The notes beneath the pieces were generated by a model, which did not search any database, had not been told where the DNA came from, and saw nothing but the letters and a program-made list of their open reading frames with translations. From Candidatus Limnocylindrales bacterium (GTDB lineage: Bacteria; Chloroflexota; Limnocylindria; Limnocylindrales; CSP1-4), in the NCBI GenBank assembly GCA_040514195.1, contig JBEVDC010000068.1:1-40705 (forward strand): a stretch of DNA of 40,705 nt, read 5' to 3'. Positions 8,309 to 15,984 of the stretch are shown here, piece by piece (position 1 is the stretch's first letter; each line of letters opens with the position of its first letter). The position numbers and the translations under genes are program-made.

Positions 8309-8354
8309 TGATAGGCCGGAGCCCGGCCGGGACGGGGCGGGCAGGCGCCTATCA
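8309..8354. promoter_or_regulatory. 8-bp inverted repeat TGATAGGC / GCCTATCA in the ctaC-ctaG divergent region (candidate operator; contains the ctaG -10 box TATCAT)
   Basis: TGATAGGC at 8309-8316 and GCCTATCA at 8347-8354 are separated by 30 GC-rich nt. A third GATAG lies at 8299-8303. TATCAT at 8350-8355 sits 8 nt before the ctaG ATG. Confidence 0.3.
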
Positions 8355-8363
8355 TACGGGCTG

Positions 8364-9359
8364 ATGTCCGCGCTCGCCCGTCGTTCCATACGGCTCGCGG
8401 CCGGCGGTGGCCTCGCTTCCGCGGTGCTGGCGACTCTGCCCGGCGTGGCCCTGGGGCACGTCACGGATGTGGCGCCGCCGGCCCCGACACCGTGGATCGT
8501 CGTCACGTCCTGGACGCTCGAGCCGTTCGCGCTGGTCGGCATCGGGCTGGCCGGGGCGCTCTATCTGGGGGCCGTTAGGCGTGTGGATCGGGCGCACCCG
8601 GCGAACCCCGTGCCGCGTCGACGGATCGCCGCCTGGCTCGGCGGGCTCGGCGTCATCGGCATCGCGCTCTTGTCCTTCGTCGACGTGTACGCCACGTCGC
8701 TCTTCAGCGTGCACATGGTCCAGCACCTCCTGCTGGCCATGGTCGGCGCGCCCCTGCTGCTCCTGGGTGCGCCGATCACCCTGCTCCTGCGGGCCGCCTC
8801 GCCGCGGACCCGCCAGCGGTGGATCCTGCCCGTGCTCCACTCGCGCCCGGTCCGTGTCATCAGCCATCCCGTGATCGGCTGGCTGATCTTCGCCATCGTC
8901 GTCTGGGCCAGCCACTTCAGCCCGGTCTTCGACGCCGCGCTGGAGGAGCCGGGCATCCATGCGCTCGAGCACGCGCTGTACCTCGGGGCCGGCTTGCTCT
9001 TCTGGTGGCCGATCGTGGGCGCCGACCCGCATCCCTATCGGATGAGCCACGGCGTTCGTTTCGGCTACGCCCTGTTGGCCATGCCGCTGAACAGCTTCCT
9101 CGGCCTGGTCCTCTTCGTGACCCCCGTCGTCCTTTACGAGCATTACGCCACCGTGCAGCGCATCTGGGGCCCGACGCCGCTCGAGGACCAGCAACTGGCC
9201 GGCGGCATCATGTGGGCCGCGGGCGACCTGATCTTCCTGGTGCCGCTGCTCTTCCTGACTCTCGCCTGGTTCAGGCACGAGGAGGAGAAGGGCCGCCTCC
9301 ACGACGAGAAACTCGACCGCGAGCGCGCTCGCCTGGCTCGCGCCAGCGAGGGTGGCTGA
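8364..9359 (+). CDS. ctaG: cytochrome c oxidase assembly factor CtaG (Bacillus/caa3 type, polytopic)
   Basis: Signal-like N-terminus, then HMVQHLLLAMVGAPLLLLGAPITLLLRA, HFSPVFDAALE, HALEHALYLGAGLLFWWPIVG and AGGIMWAAGDLIFL, characteristic of the Caa3_CtaG family. Confidence 0.85.
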   Translation: MSALARRSIRLAAGGGLASAVLATLPGVALGHVTDVAPPAPTPWIVVTSWTLEPFALVGIGLAGALYLGAVRRVDRAHPANPVPRRRIAAWLGGLGVIGIALLSFVDVYATSLFSVHMVQHLLLAMVGAPLLLLGAPITLLLRAASPRTRQRWILPVLHSRPVRVISHPVIGWLIFAIVVWASHFSPVFDAALEEPGIHALEHALYLGAGLLFWWPIVGADPHPYRMSHGVRFGYALLAMPLNSFLGLVLFVTPVVLYEHYATVQRIWGPTPLEDQQLAGGIMWAAGDLIFLVPLLFLTLAWFRHEEEKGRLHDEKLDRERARLARASEGG

Positions 9360-9363
9360 TCCC

Positions 9364-11289
9364 TCAGACCGGCAGCGGCACGAGGACGTCGACGACGATG
9401 AGCGCGAAGAGCACGGTCAGGTACGTCGTCGAGTACTTGTAGAGGCGCACAGCGCGGGCATCGGTGCCGTCGCGCCACATGCGCAGCGCCTGCGCCAGGA
9501 AGACCGCCCCGATGGCGACCGTGCCGACGAGGTAGATGAGACCCAGCTGGGCGACGGCGAAGAGGGTCAGCGTCAGAGCGAACATCGAGAACGAGTACAG
9601 GGCGATCTGCTTGGTCGTTTCCGGGATGCCCCGGACGACGGGCAGCATGGGGACGCCGGCCGCGCGGTAGTCCTTGGCCAGGCGCATCGATAGCGCCCAG
9701 AAGTGGGGCGGCGTCCAGTAGAAGACGATGGCCACCAGGAAGAGGCCGGGCAGCGCGATGTCGCCGGTCACGGCCGCCCAGCCGATGAGCGGCGGGAGGG
9801 CGCCGGCGAGGCCTCCGATGACGATGTTCTGGGAGGTCGTCCGCTTCATCCAGATGGTGTAGACGACGACGTAGAAGGCGATGGCCAGGAGGGTCAGGAA
9901 GGCCGCCAGAAGGTTCGTGAACAGGGCCAGCTCGGCGAAGGCGACGACGCCCAGCGCGAGGCCGAAGACGAGCGCATCCTCCGGCTCGATAGCGTGGGCC
10001 GGCAGCGGTCGACGGCGCGTGCGGGTCATGAGCAGGTCGATGTCTCGATCGAGGTACTGGTTGATGGCGTTGGCCGAGCCTGCCGCCAGCGACCCACCGA
10101 CGAGCGTGGCCACCATCAGACCGAGCGGCGGGATGCCGCGCTGGGCGAGGACCATGGCCGGCACCGTCGTCACGAGGAGCAACTCGATGATGCGCGGTTT
10201 GGTCAGGGCCACGTACGCCCGCAGCTTGTCCATCGCGCCTGGTGCCGGGCGGTCGGCGTCCGTGCCGGCGCCCCCGGCATCGCCGTCACCCGACCCCTGA
10301 TCGATGGTGCCCTTGGGGGTCGGGGATTCGGTCGCCCTCGTGGCGCCACTAGCCTCGACCGCCGTTCGTGCCTCGCAGTAGCTGTAGGTCACAGCGGCCA
10401 CGAGCAGGGACCAGATGGCCGCCCCGAGAGCGAGGTGGAGCGCGACCGCCCATGGCGCCAGCGTCGTCCAGATCTGGAGCGCCCCGACGATCACCTGGAC
10501 GGCATAGAGTGCGGCCGCCGTGCCGGTGAGTGCAAGGATCGTGGCTTGGGCGGCGACCGCGCCCCAGCGACCGTCGCCGGCGCGGCGCCAGGCGATCCAG
10601 GCCGTGACGAAGACGATAAGCCCGACGATCGCGGCCGCGATGCGATGGAGGGCATTGGCGGCCTGGAGGCTGGCCACGTCCGGGTTGGCGTCGAAGACGG
10701 GCACGATCGCACCGTCGGGGAAGAGCGGCCACGCCGTTCCGAAGATGAGAGCGGAGGCGGTCGCCGTGACCTGCGATCCGAAGAGCATCAGGGCATAGGT
10801 CGACATGGCTGCGAAGACGGCGAGCAGGGTGAAGCGCTGCGGTGCGCCGCGCGGCGGCAGGACGGCGGGGTAATGGACGCGGACCGCGATGTGGATGAGC
10901 GCCGCGAGCACGATCATGGCCATCGCCAGGTGCGCCGTGACCGACTCCCCGGAGTTGCCGGTCTCGACCGTGATCTTGCCAAGGTAGGCCTGGAAGCCGG
11001 TCAAGACGACTGCCGCCGTGGCCGGCAGGACGATGGCGCGCCGTCGATGGTAGAGCAGGGCACCGACCCAGACACCGAAGACGAGGAGCCCGACGACCGC
11101 CGCCAGCGTGCGATGGATCCACTCGATCCAGGCGTTGCCGTCGTCGAAGGGCGGCAGGACCTGGCCGTAGCACAGCGGCCAATCGGGACAGCCAAGGCCC
11201 GAACCCGTGACCCGCACGACACCGCCCCAGACCACGAGCACGTAGGTCGCGATGGCGGTCAGCAGGGCCAGCTTCTGGAAGCGCGTCAT
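9364..11289 (-). CDS. ctaA/ctaB: fused haem A synthase (CtaA/COX15, N-terminal) and protohaem IX farnesyltransferase (CtaB/haem O synthase, C-terminal)
   Basis: N-terminal half: MTRFQKLALLTAIATYVLVVWGGVVRVTGSGLGCPDWPLCYG plus 8 helices. An acidic Gly-rich linker follows (GSGDGDAGGAGTDADRP). C-terminal half: LRAYVALTKPRIIELLLVTT...NQYLDRDIDLLMTRTRRRPL...YWTPPHFWAL. The start is taken at ATG 11289 (MTRFQK); the ORF is open to 11388. Confidence 0.9.
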   Translation of the reverse strand: MTRFQKLALLTAIATYVLVVWGGVVRVTGSGLGCPDWPLCYGQVLPPFDDGNAWIEWIHRTLAAVVGLLVFGVWVGALLYHRRRAIVLPATAAVVLTGFQAYLGKITVETGNSGESVTAHLAMAMIVLAALIHIAVRVHYPAVLPPRGAPQRFTLLAVFAAMSTYALMLFGSQVTATASALIFGTAWPLFPDGAIVPVFDANPDVASLQAANALHRIAAAIVGLIVFVTAWIAWRRAGDGRWGAVAAQATILALTGTAAALYAVQVIVGALQIWTTLAPWAVALHLALGAAIWSLLVAAVTYSYCEARTAVEASGATRATESPTPKGTIDQGSGDGDAGGAGTDADRPAPGAMDKLRAYVALTKPRIIELLLVTTVPAMVLAQRGIPPLGLMVATLVGGSLAAGSANAINQYLDRDIDLLMTRTRRRPLPAHAIEPEDALVFGLALGVVAFAELALFTNLLAAFLTLLAIAFYVVVYTIWMKRTTSQNIVIGGLAGALPPLIGWAAVTGDIALPGLFLVAIVFYWTPPHFWALSMRLAKDYRAAGVPMLPVVRGIPETTKQIALYSFSMFALTLTLFAVAQLGLIYLVGTVAIGAVFLAQALRMWRDGTDARAVRLYKYSTTYLTVLFALIVVDVLVPLPV

Positions 11290-11299
11290 GGGGATGCCG

Positions 11300-11305
11300 A
11301 TTCTA
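11300..11305 (-). promoter_or_regulatory. candidate -10 box (TAGAAT) for ctaA-ctaB, near-leaderless
   Basis: Minus-strand TAGAAT lies 10 nt upstream of the ATG at 11289, with no SD in between. Confidence 0.4.
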
Positions 11306-11359
11306 CCGCCGACAAGGAGCCACGCACCGCCCGCCAAGGCGCGATGCAGCCGGAGCCGG

Positions 11360-11365
11360 TATCGT
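11360..11365 (+). promoter_or_regulatory. candidate -10 box (TATCGT) for the thioredoxin-fold lipoprotein gene, near-leaderless
   Basis: TATCGT lies 8 nt upstream of the ATG at 11374, with no SD in between. Confidence 0.3.
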
Positions 11366-11373
11366 CGCGCCCG

Positions 11374-12378
11374 ATGCCAGCCAGCCACCTGATCACCCGT
11401 CGCCCTGACGCGCTGATCGTCCTGGTCGTCGCCGTGTTCGTGCTCGTCGTGGGCGCATGTGCCGGTGGCTCGCCTCCGACCGAGCTTCCGTCGTCGGCGC
11501 CGTCGGGCTCGGCGCTTCCCTCAGGCACAACGGCCTTTCCCGGCTGGCCGACCGGCCCGGACCCCGATGCCGCGATGGTGCCCATCATCGTCAGCTCGGA
11601 GCGTGTCGTCGGGTCCAATCGGTTCCTGTTCGCCTTGACCGACACGCAGAACCGCCCTCTCGCCTCACCCGAGCTGGCCACGACCGTTCGCTTCTTCGAC
11701 CTCGCGGCTGACCCATCGACGCCCGTCGCCGAGGTACCCGGCAGCTTCATCTGGACGGTGCCCAACGAACTTGGCCTCTACCACGCGACCGCAGACTTCG
11801 CGCGTGCCGGTCCGTGGGGCGTCGAGATCGTGGCCTCCGCCGCTGGCCAGCCCGACCTGACGGCGCGAGCCCTCTTCGACGTCCGCGAGGCGAGCACGAC
11901 GCCGGCCATCGGCGCTGCGGCCCCGGCCTCCGAGACGCCGACGGCCACGGACGCGGCGGGCATCGCCGCCATCTCGACCGACCAGGCGCCGAACCCCGCC
12001 TTCTATCGGACGTCGGTCAAGGACGCCCTGAGCGCCGGTCGGCCGTTCGTGCTCGTCTTCTCTACGCCGCTCTTCTGCGCCAGCCGGACCTGCGGCCCGA
12101 CGATGGAGACGGTCAAGTCGTCTGTCGCGCCGTACGGTGACGAGATCGAGGTCATCCACGTCGAGCCGTACAAGCTGCAGCTCATCGACGGCCAGCCGCA
12201 ACCCCAGCTCGATGCGAATGGCGGCTTTCAGGTCGTGCCTTCGGCCGTCGAGTGGGGCATCCCCGTGGAGCCGTACGTGTTCGTCGTCGGCGCTGATGGC
12301 ACGGTCACGGCCAAGTTCGAGGGCGCCATCGGGGCCGACGAGCTGCGCTCGGCCATCGACGAGGTCCTCGGCGGCTGA
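11374..12378 (+). CDS. lipoprotein with N-terminal beta-rich domain and C-terminal thioredoxin-fold (TlpA/Sco-like) domain
   Basis: This is the real gene within the 891-aa shadow ORF 9703-12378. MPASHLITRRPDALIVLVVAVFVLVVGACAGG provides the lipobox. The C-terminal part, RPFVLVFSTPLFCASRTCGP...PYVFVVGADGTVTAKFEG, resembles a redoxin with a C-x4-C pair. Confidence 0.65.
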   Translation: MPASHLITRRPDALIVLVVAVFVLVVGACAGGSPPTELPSSAPSGSALPSGTTAFPGWPTGPDPDAAMVPIIVSSERVVGSNRFLFALTDTQNRPLASPELATTVRFFDLAADPSTPVAEVPGSFIWTVPNELGLYHATADFARAGPWGVEIVASAAGQPDLTARALFDVREASTTPAIGAAAPASETPTATDAAGIAAISTDQAPNPAFYRTSVKDALSAGRPFVLVFSTPLFCASRTCGPTMETVKSSVAPYGDEIEVIHVEPYKLQLIDGQPQPQLDANGGFQVVPSAVEWGIPVEPYVFVVGADGTVTAKFEGAIGADELRSAIDEVLGG

Positions 12379-12450
12379 TCCCGGTCTCCGGCAGCACGGA
12401 GGCACCAAGCTCGTTGCACGTGGAGTCCCGCATCCGAGGCGGCGTAGGAT

Positions 12451-14244
12451 GTGCCCGTGGAGCTCGGATCGGGCCTCAGAGAGGGCGGGGCCGCGCGAGC
12501 GCGACCCGTGCGAACCATCGCACTGCCTCTCGGCCTCGGCCTGCTCGGATTGGTCGTTGCGGCCGCCGCCCTCGCGGTGCAGTTGACAGCCGAGGTCCCG
12601 TGGCCCGCGATCGCGGGCGACCAGCTGGTGGGTGTGTCCTATATGGTCGCCGGGACGATCGCGTGGCTCCACCGGCCGGGCAATCGCATCGGCCCGGCCA
12701 TCTTGCTCGCCGGTATCACCTGGTACATCCCGGTATTCGTGCGCATCCCTATCCCCGCGGTCACCTCGGCGACGTTCGCGCTCGCGTGGGTCGCGAATAC
12801 TTTCGTGGCCTTCGTGCTGCTCACCTACCCGACCGGTCACTTCTTCTCCCGGGCCGCCAGGGTCGTGTTCGGCGTGGCCCTCCTGAGTACCGCCCTCCCG
12901 ATCATCGCGCGCCTGTTCCTGCTCGATTCGGGCACGGACTTCTCGAGCGCGACAGGACCGAGTGGGCTCACGTATGGATGTGACTGCCCAAACCCGTTCG
13001 CGTTGTTCCCCGACGACCGCCTGTACGGCGGGGTCATGCTCGTGGGTCGCCTCCTGGCCGTCGTCGTCGCTGCGCTGGTCCTGGTCATGATCGTCCGGCG
13101 CTGGTGGCAGGCAAGCTCGGCCGGTCGGCGTCAGCTCGCCCCGGTCTTGTTTGCCGGCGCGGTCGGCGTGGCGGCGTTCGTCGTCGACGAGATCGCGTTC
13201 ACGGCCTCGAGCGGGGAGCAGCCCATCCTGGCGGCAACGACGGTCGTACTGGTGTTCGCCCGAGCGGCTGTTCCGATCGGGTTCCTCCTCGGCCTCCTCC
13301 GGACCCAGATCGATCGCACTCTGGTGGGTAGGCTGGTCGTCGAGCTCGGTGGCGCACCATCTCCCGAGCGGATCGAAGCCATGGTTGCCTCGACACTCCA
13401 CGACCCGACTGCGCGTGTCGGCTACTGGTCCCCCGCTGCTCAGGCGTATCTCGACGCGGCCGGCCACCGCATCGAGCCGGCGGCCTCGGCCGAGCGAGCG
13501 ATCGCGGTGGTCGAACGCGACCGCGATCAGCTGTGTGTCATCGAGTACGACGGCGCTTTGAGAGGGGAACCGGAGCTCATCGCGGCCGTGGTGGCGGCGC
13601 TCAGGTTAGCGGTCGATCGGGACCGCCTCGAGACGATGGTCAGGGCCCAGGTCGCGGAGAGCCGATCGCTTCCCCGCGGCTCCGTGACGCTCCTCTATTC
13701 GGACATCCAGGGCTCGACGGCGTTGCTGGAGCGGCTCGCCTCCGCGTACGGCGACCTGTTGGCGGCGACGAGGCGCATCCAGCGGGCTGTCGTTCGCGAG
13801 CACGGTGGAAGGGAGGTCGACTCGAGGGCCGACGAGTTCTTTGCGGTCTTCCCCGCCGGTACATCGCCCGCGTCGGCAGCGCTCGAGGTCGATCGGCGGC
13901 TGCGCGACCACGCCTGGCCCGACGATGTGGCCGTCCGAGTGCGCATCGGCCTGCACCATGGAGAGCCCGATCTCGGCGACGAGGGCTACGTCGGGATGGA
14001 CGTCCACATGGTGGCGCGCCTCGGCGCGGTCGGCCACGGTGGCCAGATCCTTGTCTCTGCCTCGGCCGCCGACATGATCGCTGCTGACCTTCCTGCCGAC
14101 GCGCGGCTGCTCGTTCTCGGCACGTTCGAGTTGCGCGGGATCCCCGGCCGCCACCAGATCATGCAGCTCGTCGTACCCGACCTGCCCGCCGAGTTCTCGC
14201 CGCTCAGGACCGGATCCACTCGCATCGCTGCGAATCCAACCTGA
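12451..14244 (+). CDS. membrane-anchored class III adenylate/guanylate cyclase
   Basis: About 6 N-terminal helices and a middle region of unknown type. The cyclase catalytic domain reads VTLLYSDIQGSTALLERL...DEFFAVFP...RIGLHHGEP...GMDVHMVARL...GGQILVS...FELRGIPG. Start is GTG 12451 or GTG 12457. Confidence 0.85.
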   Translation: MPVELGSGLREGGAARARPVRTIALPLGLGLLGLVVAAAALAVQLTAEVPWPAIAGDQLVGVSYMVAGTIAWLHRPGNRIGPAILLAGITWYIPVFVRIPIPAVTSATFALAWVANTFVAFVLLTYPTGHFFSRAARVVFGVALLSTALPIIARLFLLDSGTDFSSATGPSGLTYGCDCPNPFALFPDDRLYGGVMLVGRLLAVVVAALVLVMIVRRWWQASSAGRRQLAPVLFAGAVGVAAFVVDEIAFTASSGEQPILAATTVVLVFARAAVPIGFLLGLLRTQIDRTLVGRLVVELGGAPSPERIEAMVASTLHDPTARVGYWSPAAQAYLDAAGHRIEPAASAERAIAVVERDRDQLCVIEYDGALRGEPELIAAVVAALRLAVDRDRLETMVRAQVAESRSLPRGSVTLLYSDIQGSTALLERLASAYGDLLAATRRIQRAVVREHGGREVDSRADEFFAVFPAGTSPASAALEVDRRLRDHAWPDDVAVRVRIGLHHGEPDLGDEGYVGMDVHMVARLGAVGHGGQILVSASAADMIAADLPADARLLVLGTFELRGIPGRHQIMQLVVPDLPAEFSPLRTGSTRIAANPT

Positions 14245-14259
14245 CTCCGCGGGGTCGAG

Positions 14260-14898
14260 TCACCTGCCGGGGGGCGCGTTCGTGCCGCTCGAGCCTGGCG
14301 CCTGGAGCGGTTCGCCCGCGGCACATGCCGGGCACGTGGCCGCTCCCGGCTCGTAGGTCGGGATATCGAGCGTCCAGAGCGCCTCGACCGGGTAGTCGCG
14401 CCCGGTGGCGGGCGAGGTGATGGTGTGCGTGCCGCCGGAGCGGTCGACGATGACGACCGTTCGCACCAGCTCCGCACCGGAGGCTTCGATCGGCGGCAGC
14501 ATCGCCAGCAGGGAGCCGCCGGTCGTCAGGATGTCGTCCACGAGCAGCACGCGCGATCCCGGCCCGAGATGGAAGCCGCGCCGGAACTCTCGCCGGGTGG
14601 ACCCCGCGGCGTCCTTGACCTCCTCCGCGAACAGCCCTCGGAGCCCCAGCTGTCGGGCGGTCTCGAAGGCCAGGATCACCCCGCCGGTGGTGGGGCCGAC
14701 CACGATGTCCACGGTCGGGTGCCCGTCAGCGGCGCGAACCAGGGCGGCAAAGGCGGCGCAGATCTCGCTCACTGCATCGGGATGCTGAAGGACCTGGAAC
14801 TTCTCGAGATAACGGTCGCCATGACGGCCGCTCTTGAGCGCGAAGTGGCCGCTCTGCAGTGCGCCCGAGGCCACGAAGAGCTCTTCGATCCGGTTCAT
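14260..14898 (-). CDS. pyrE: orotate phosphoribosyltransferase
   Basis: MNRIEELFVASGALQSGHFALKSGRHGDRYLEKF and the PRPP loop VLLVDDILTTGGS. ATGA overlap with the pyrD stop. The longer ORF to 15021 is rejected. Confidence 0.9.
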   Translation of the reverse strand: MNRIEELFVASGALQSGHFALKSGRHGDRYLEKFQVLQHPDAVSEICAAFAALVRAADGHPTVDIVVGPTTGGVILAFETARQLGLRGLFAEEVKDAAGSTRREFRRGFHLGPGSRVLLVDDILTTGGSLLAMLPPIEASGAELVRTVVIVDRSGGTHTITSPATGRDYPVEALWTLDIPTYEPGAATCPACAAGEPLQAPGSSGTNAPPGR

Positions 14899-15971
14899 GG
14901 CCGGTACTCGACGCCCTTCACGCTGGGTCGGTCCTTGCCGCGCCCCACGCCTCCCTTGCCGGCCGGCAGGGCGACCCCCACCAGCGCGCGGTGCGAGCCG
15001 ATGCCGCGTGAGGCGCACCATGCCGCCAGCTCGTCGATGAGCCTGATGGGCAACGCCGGGTCCGCGAAGATGGCTGTCCCGACCTGGACCGCGGACGCGC
15101 CGGCCATCAGGAAGTCGAGCACGTCCTCGAGCGAGGCCACGCCGCCGATGGCCACGATCGGGATGCGGACCACCTGGGCGACCTCGTAGACGACACGCAA
15201 GGCGACCGGCCTGATGGCCGGGCCAGAGAGCCCACCGTAGGTGTTGCCCAGGAGCGGCCGGCGGCGAGTTCGGTCCACGGCCATGCCGGAGAGCGTGTTG
15301 ATGGCGCTGATCGAGTCGGCGCCGGCGTCCTCGATGGCCCGCGCGATGGACCGCACGTCGGCCACGTTCGGCGAGAGCTTGACCATCAGCGGCAGGTCGG
15401 TGGCCCGCCGGACCGCCGCCGTGACGGCACCGGCGGCATCCTTGTCGACCGCGAACTGGAGGCCACCCTTGCCCACGTTGGGGCAGGAGATATTGAGCTC
15501 GATGCCGGCGACGCCGGGCACGCCGTCGAGCCGGCGCACGACCGCGACGTAGTCGTCGATCGACTCTCCCGCCACGTTCACGATGACCGGCACCGGCCAG
15601 CTCGCCCAGAGTGCTGCGTACTTCTCGACAACGGCATCGACGCCCGGGTTCTGCAGCCCGATCGAGTTGAGCATGCCGGCCGGCGTCTCGGTCACGCGGG
15701 GAGGCTCGTTGCCGAAGCGCGGCTTGAGGGTCGTGCCCTTGCAGCAGATGGCACCCAGGCTCCCGATCTCGACCACGTCGCTGTATTCGACGCCGTAGCC
15801 GAAGGTTCCCGATGCCACGAGGATCGGGTTTCGCAGGATCAGCTCGCCCGGCCGTTGTGGGGCAAGGTCGACGGAGATGTCGACGTCGGCCGGGGGAATG
15901 GCCGCGGGCGGCACTCGCGGCGGACTCGCAGCCGAGCGCGCAGGCGCCTTCACGAGACGCGCTTCCCGCAT
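14895..15971 (-). CDS. pyrD: dihydroorotate dehydrogenase, class 1B catalytic subunit
   Basis: LRNPILVASGTFGYG, CKGTTLKPRFGNEPPRVTETPAGMLNSIGLQNPG, NISCPNV, GGLSGPAIRP, IVAIGGV. The start is taken at ATG 15971, just after the pyrK stop; the ORF is open to 16232. Confidence 0.9.
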   Translation of the reverse strand: MREARLVKAPARSAASPPRVPPAAIPPADVDISVDLAPQRPGELILRNPILVASGTFGYGVEYSDVVEIGSLGAICCKGTTLKPRFGNEPPRVTETPAGMLNSIGLQNPGVDAVVEKYAALWASWPVPVIVNVAGESIDDYVAVVRRLDGVPGVAGIELNISCPNVGKGGLQFAVDKDAAGAVTAAVRRATDLPLMVKLSPNVADVRSIARAIEDAGADSISAINTLSGMAVDRTRRRPLLGNTYGGLSGPAIRPVALRVVYEVAQVVRIPIVAIGGVASLEDVLDFLMAGASAVQVGTAIFADPALPIRLIDELAAWCASRGIGSHRALVGVALPAGKGGVGRGKDRPSVKGVEYRP

Positions 15972-15984
15972 CGTCGGCGGATCG

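Noticed and set aside
14242-14262. Hairpin TGACTC-N9-GAGTCA formed by the two convergent stop codons of the cyclase gene and pyrE, considered as a possible bidirectional terminator.
   Set aside because: It has only 6 bp and a 9-nt loop, with no U-tract on either strand. It may help termination but cannot be called from sequence alone.
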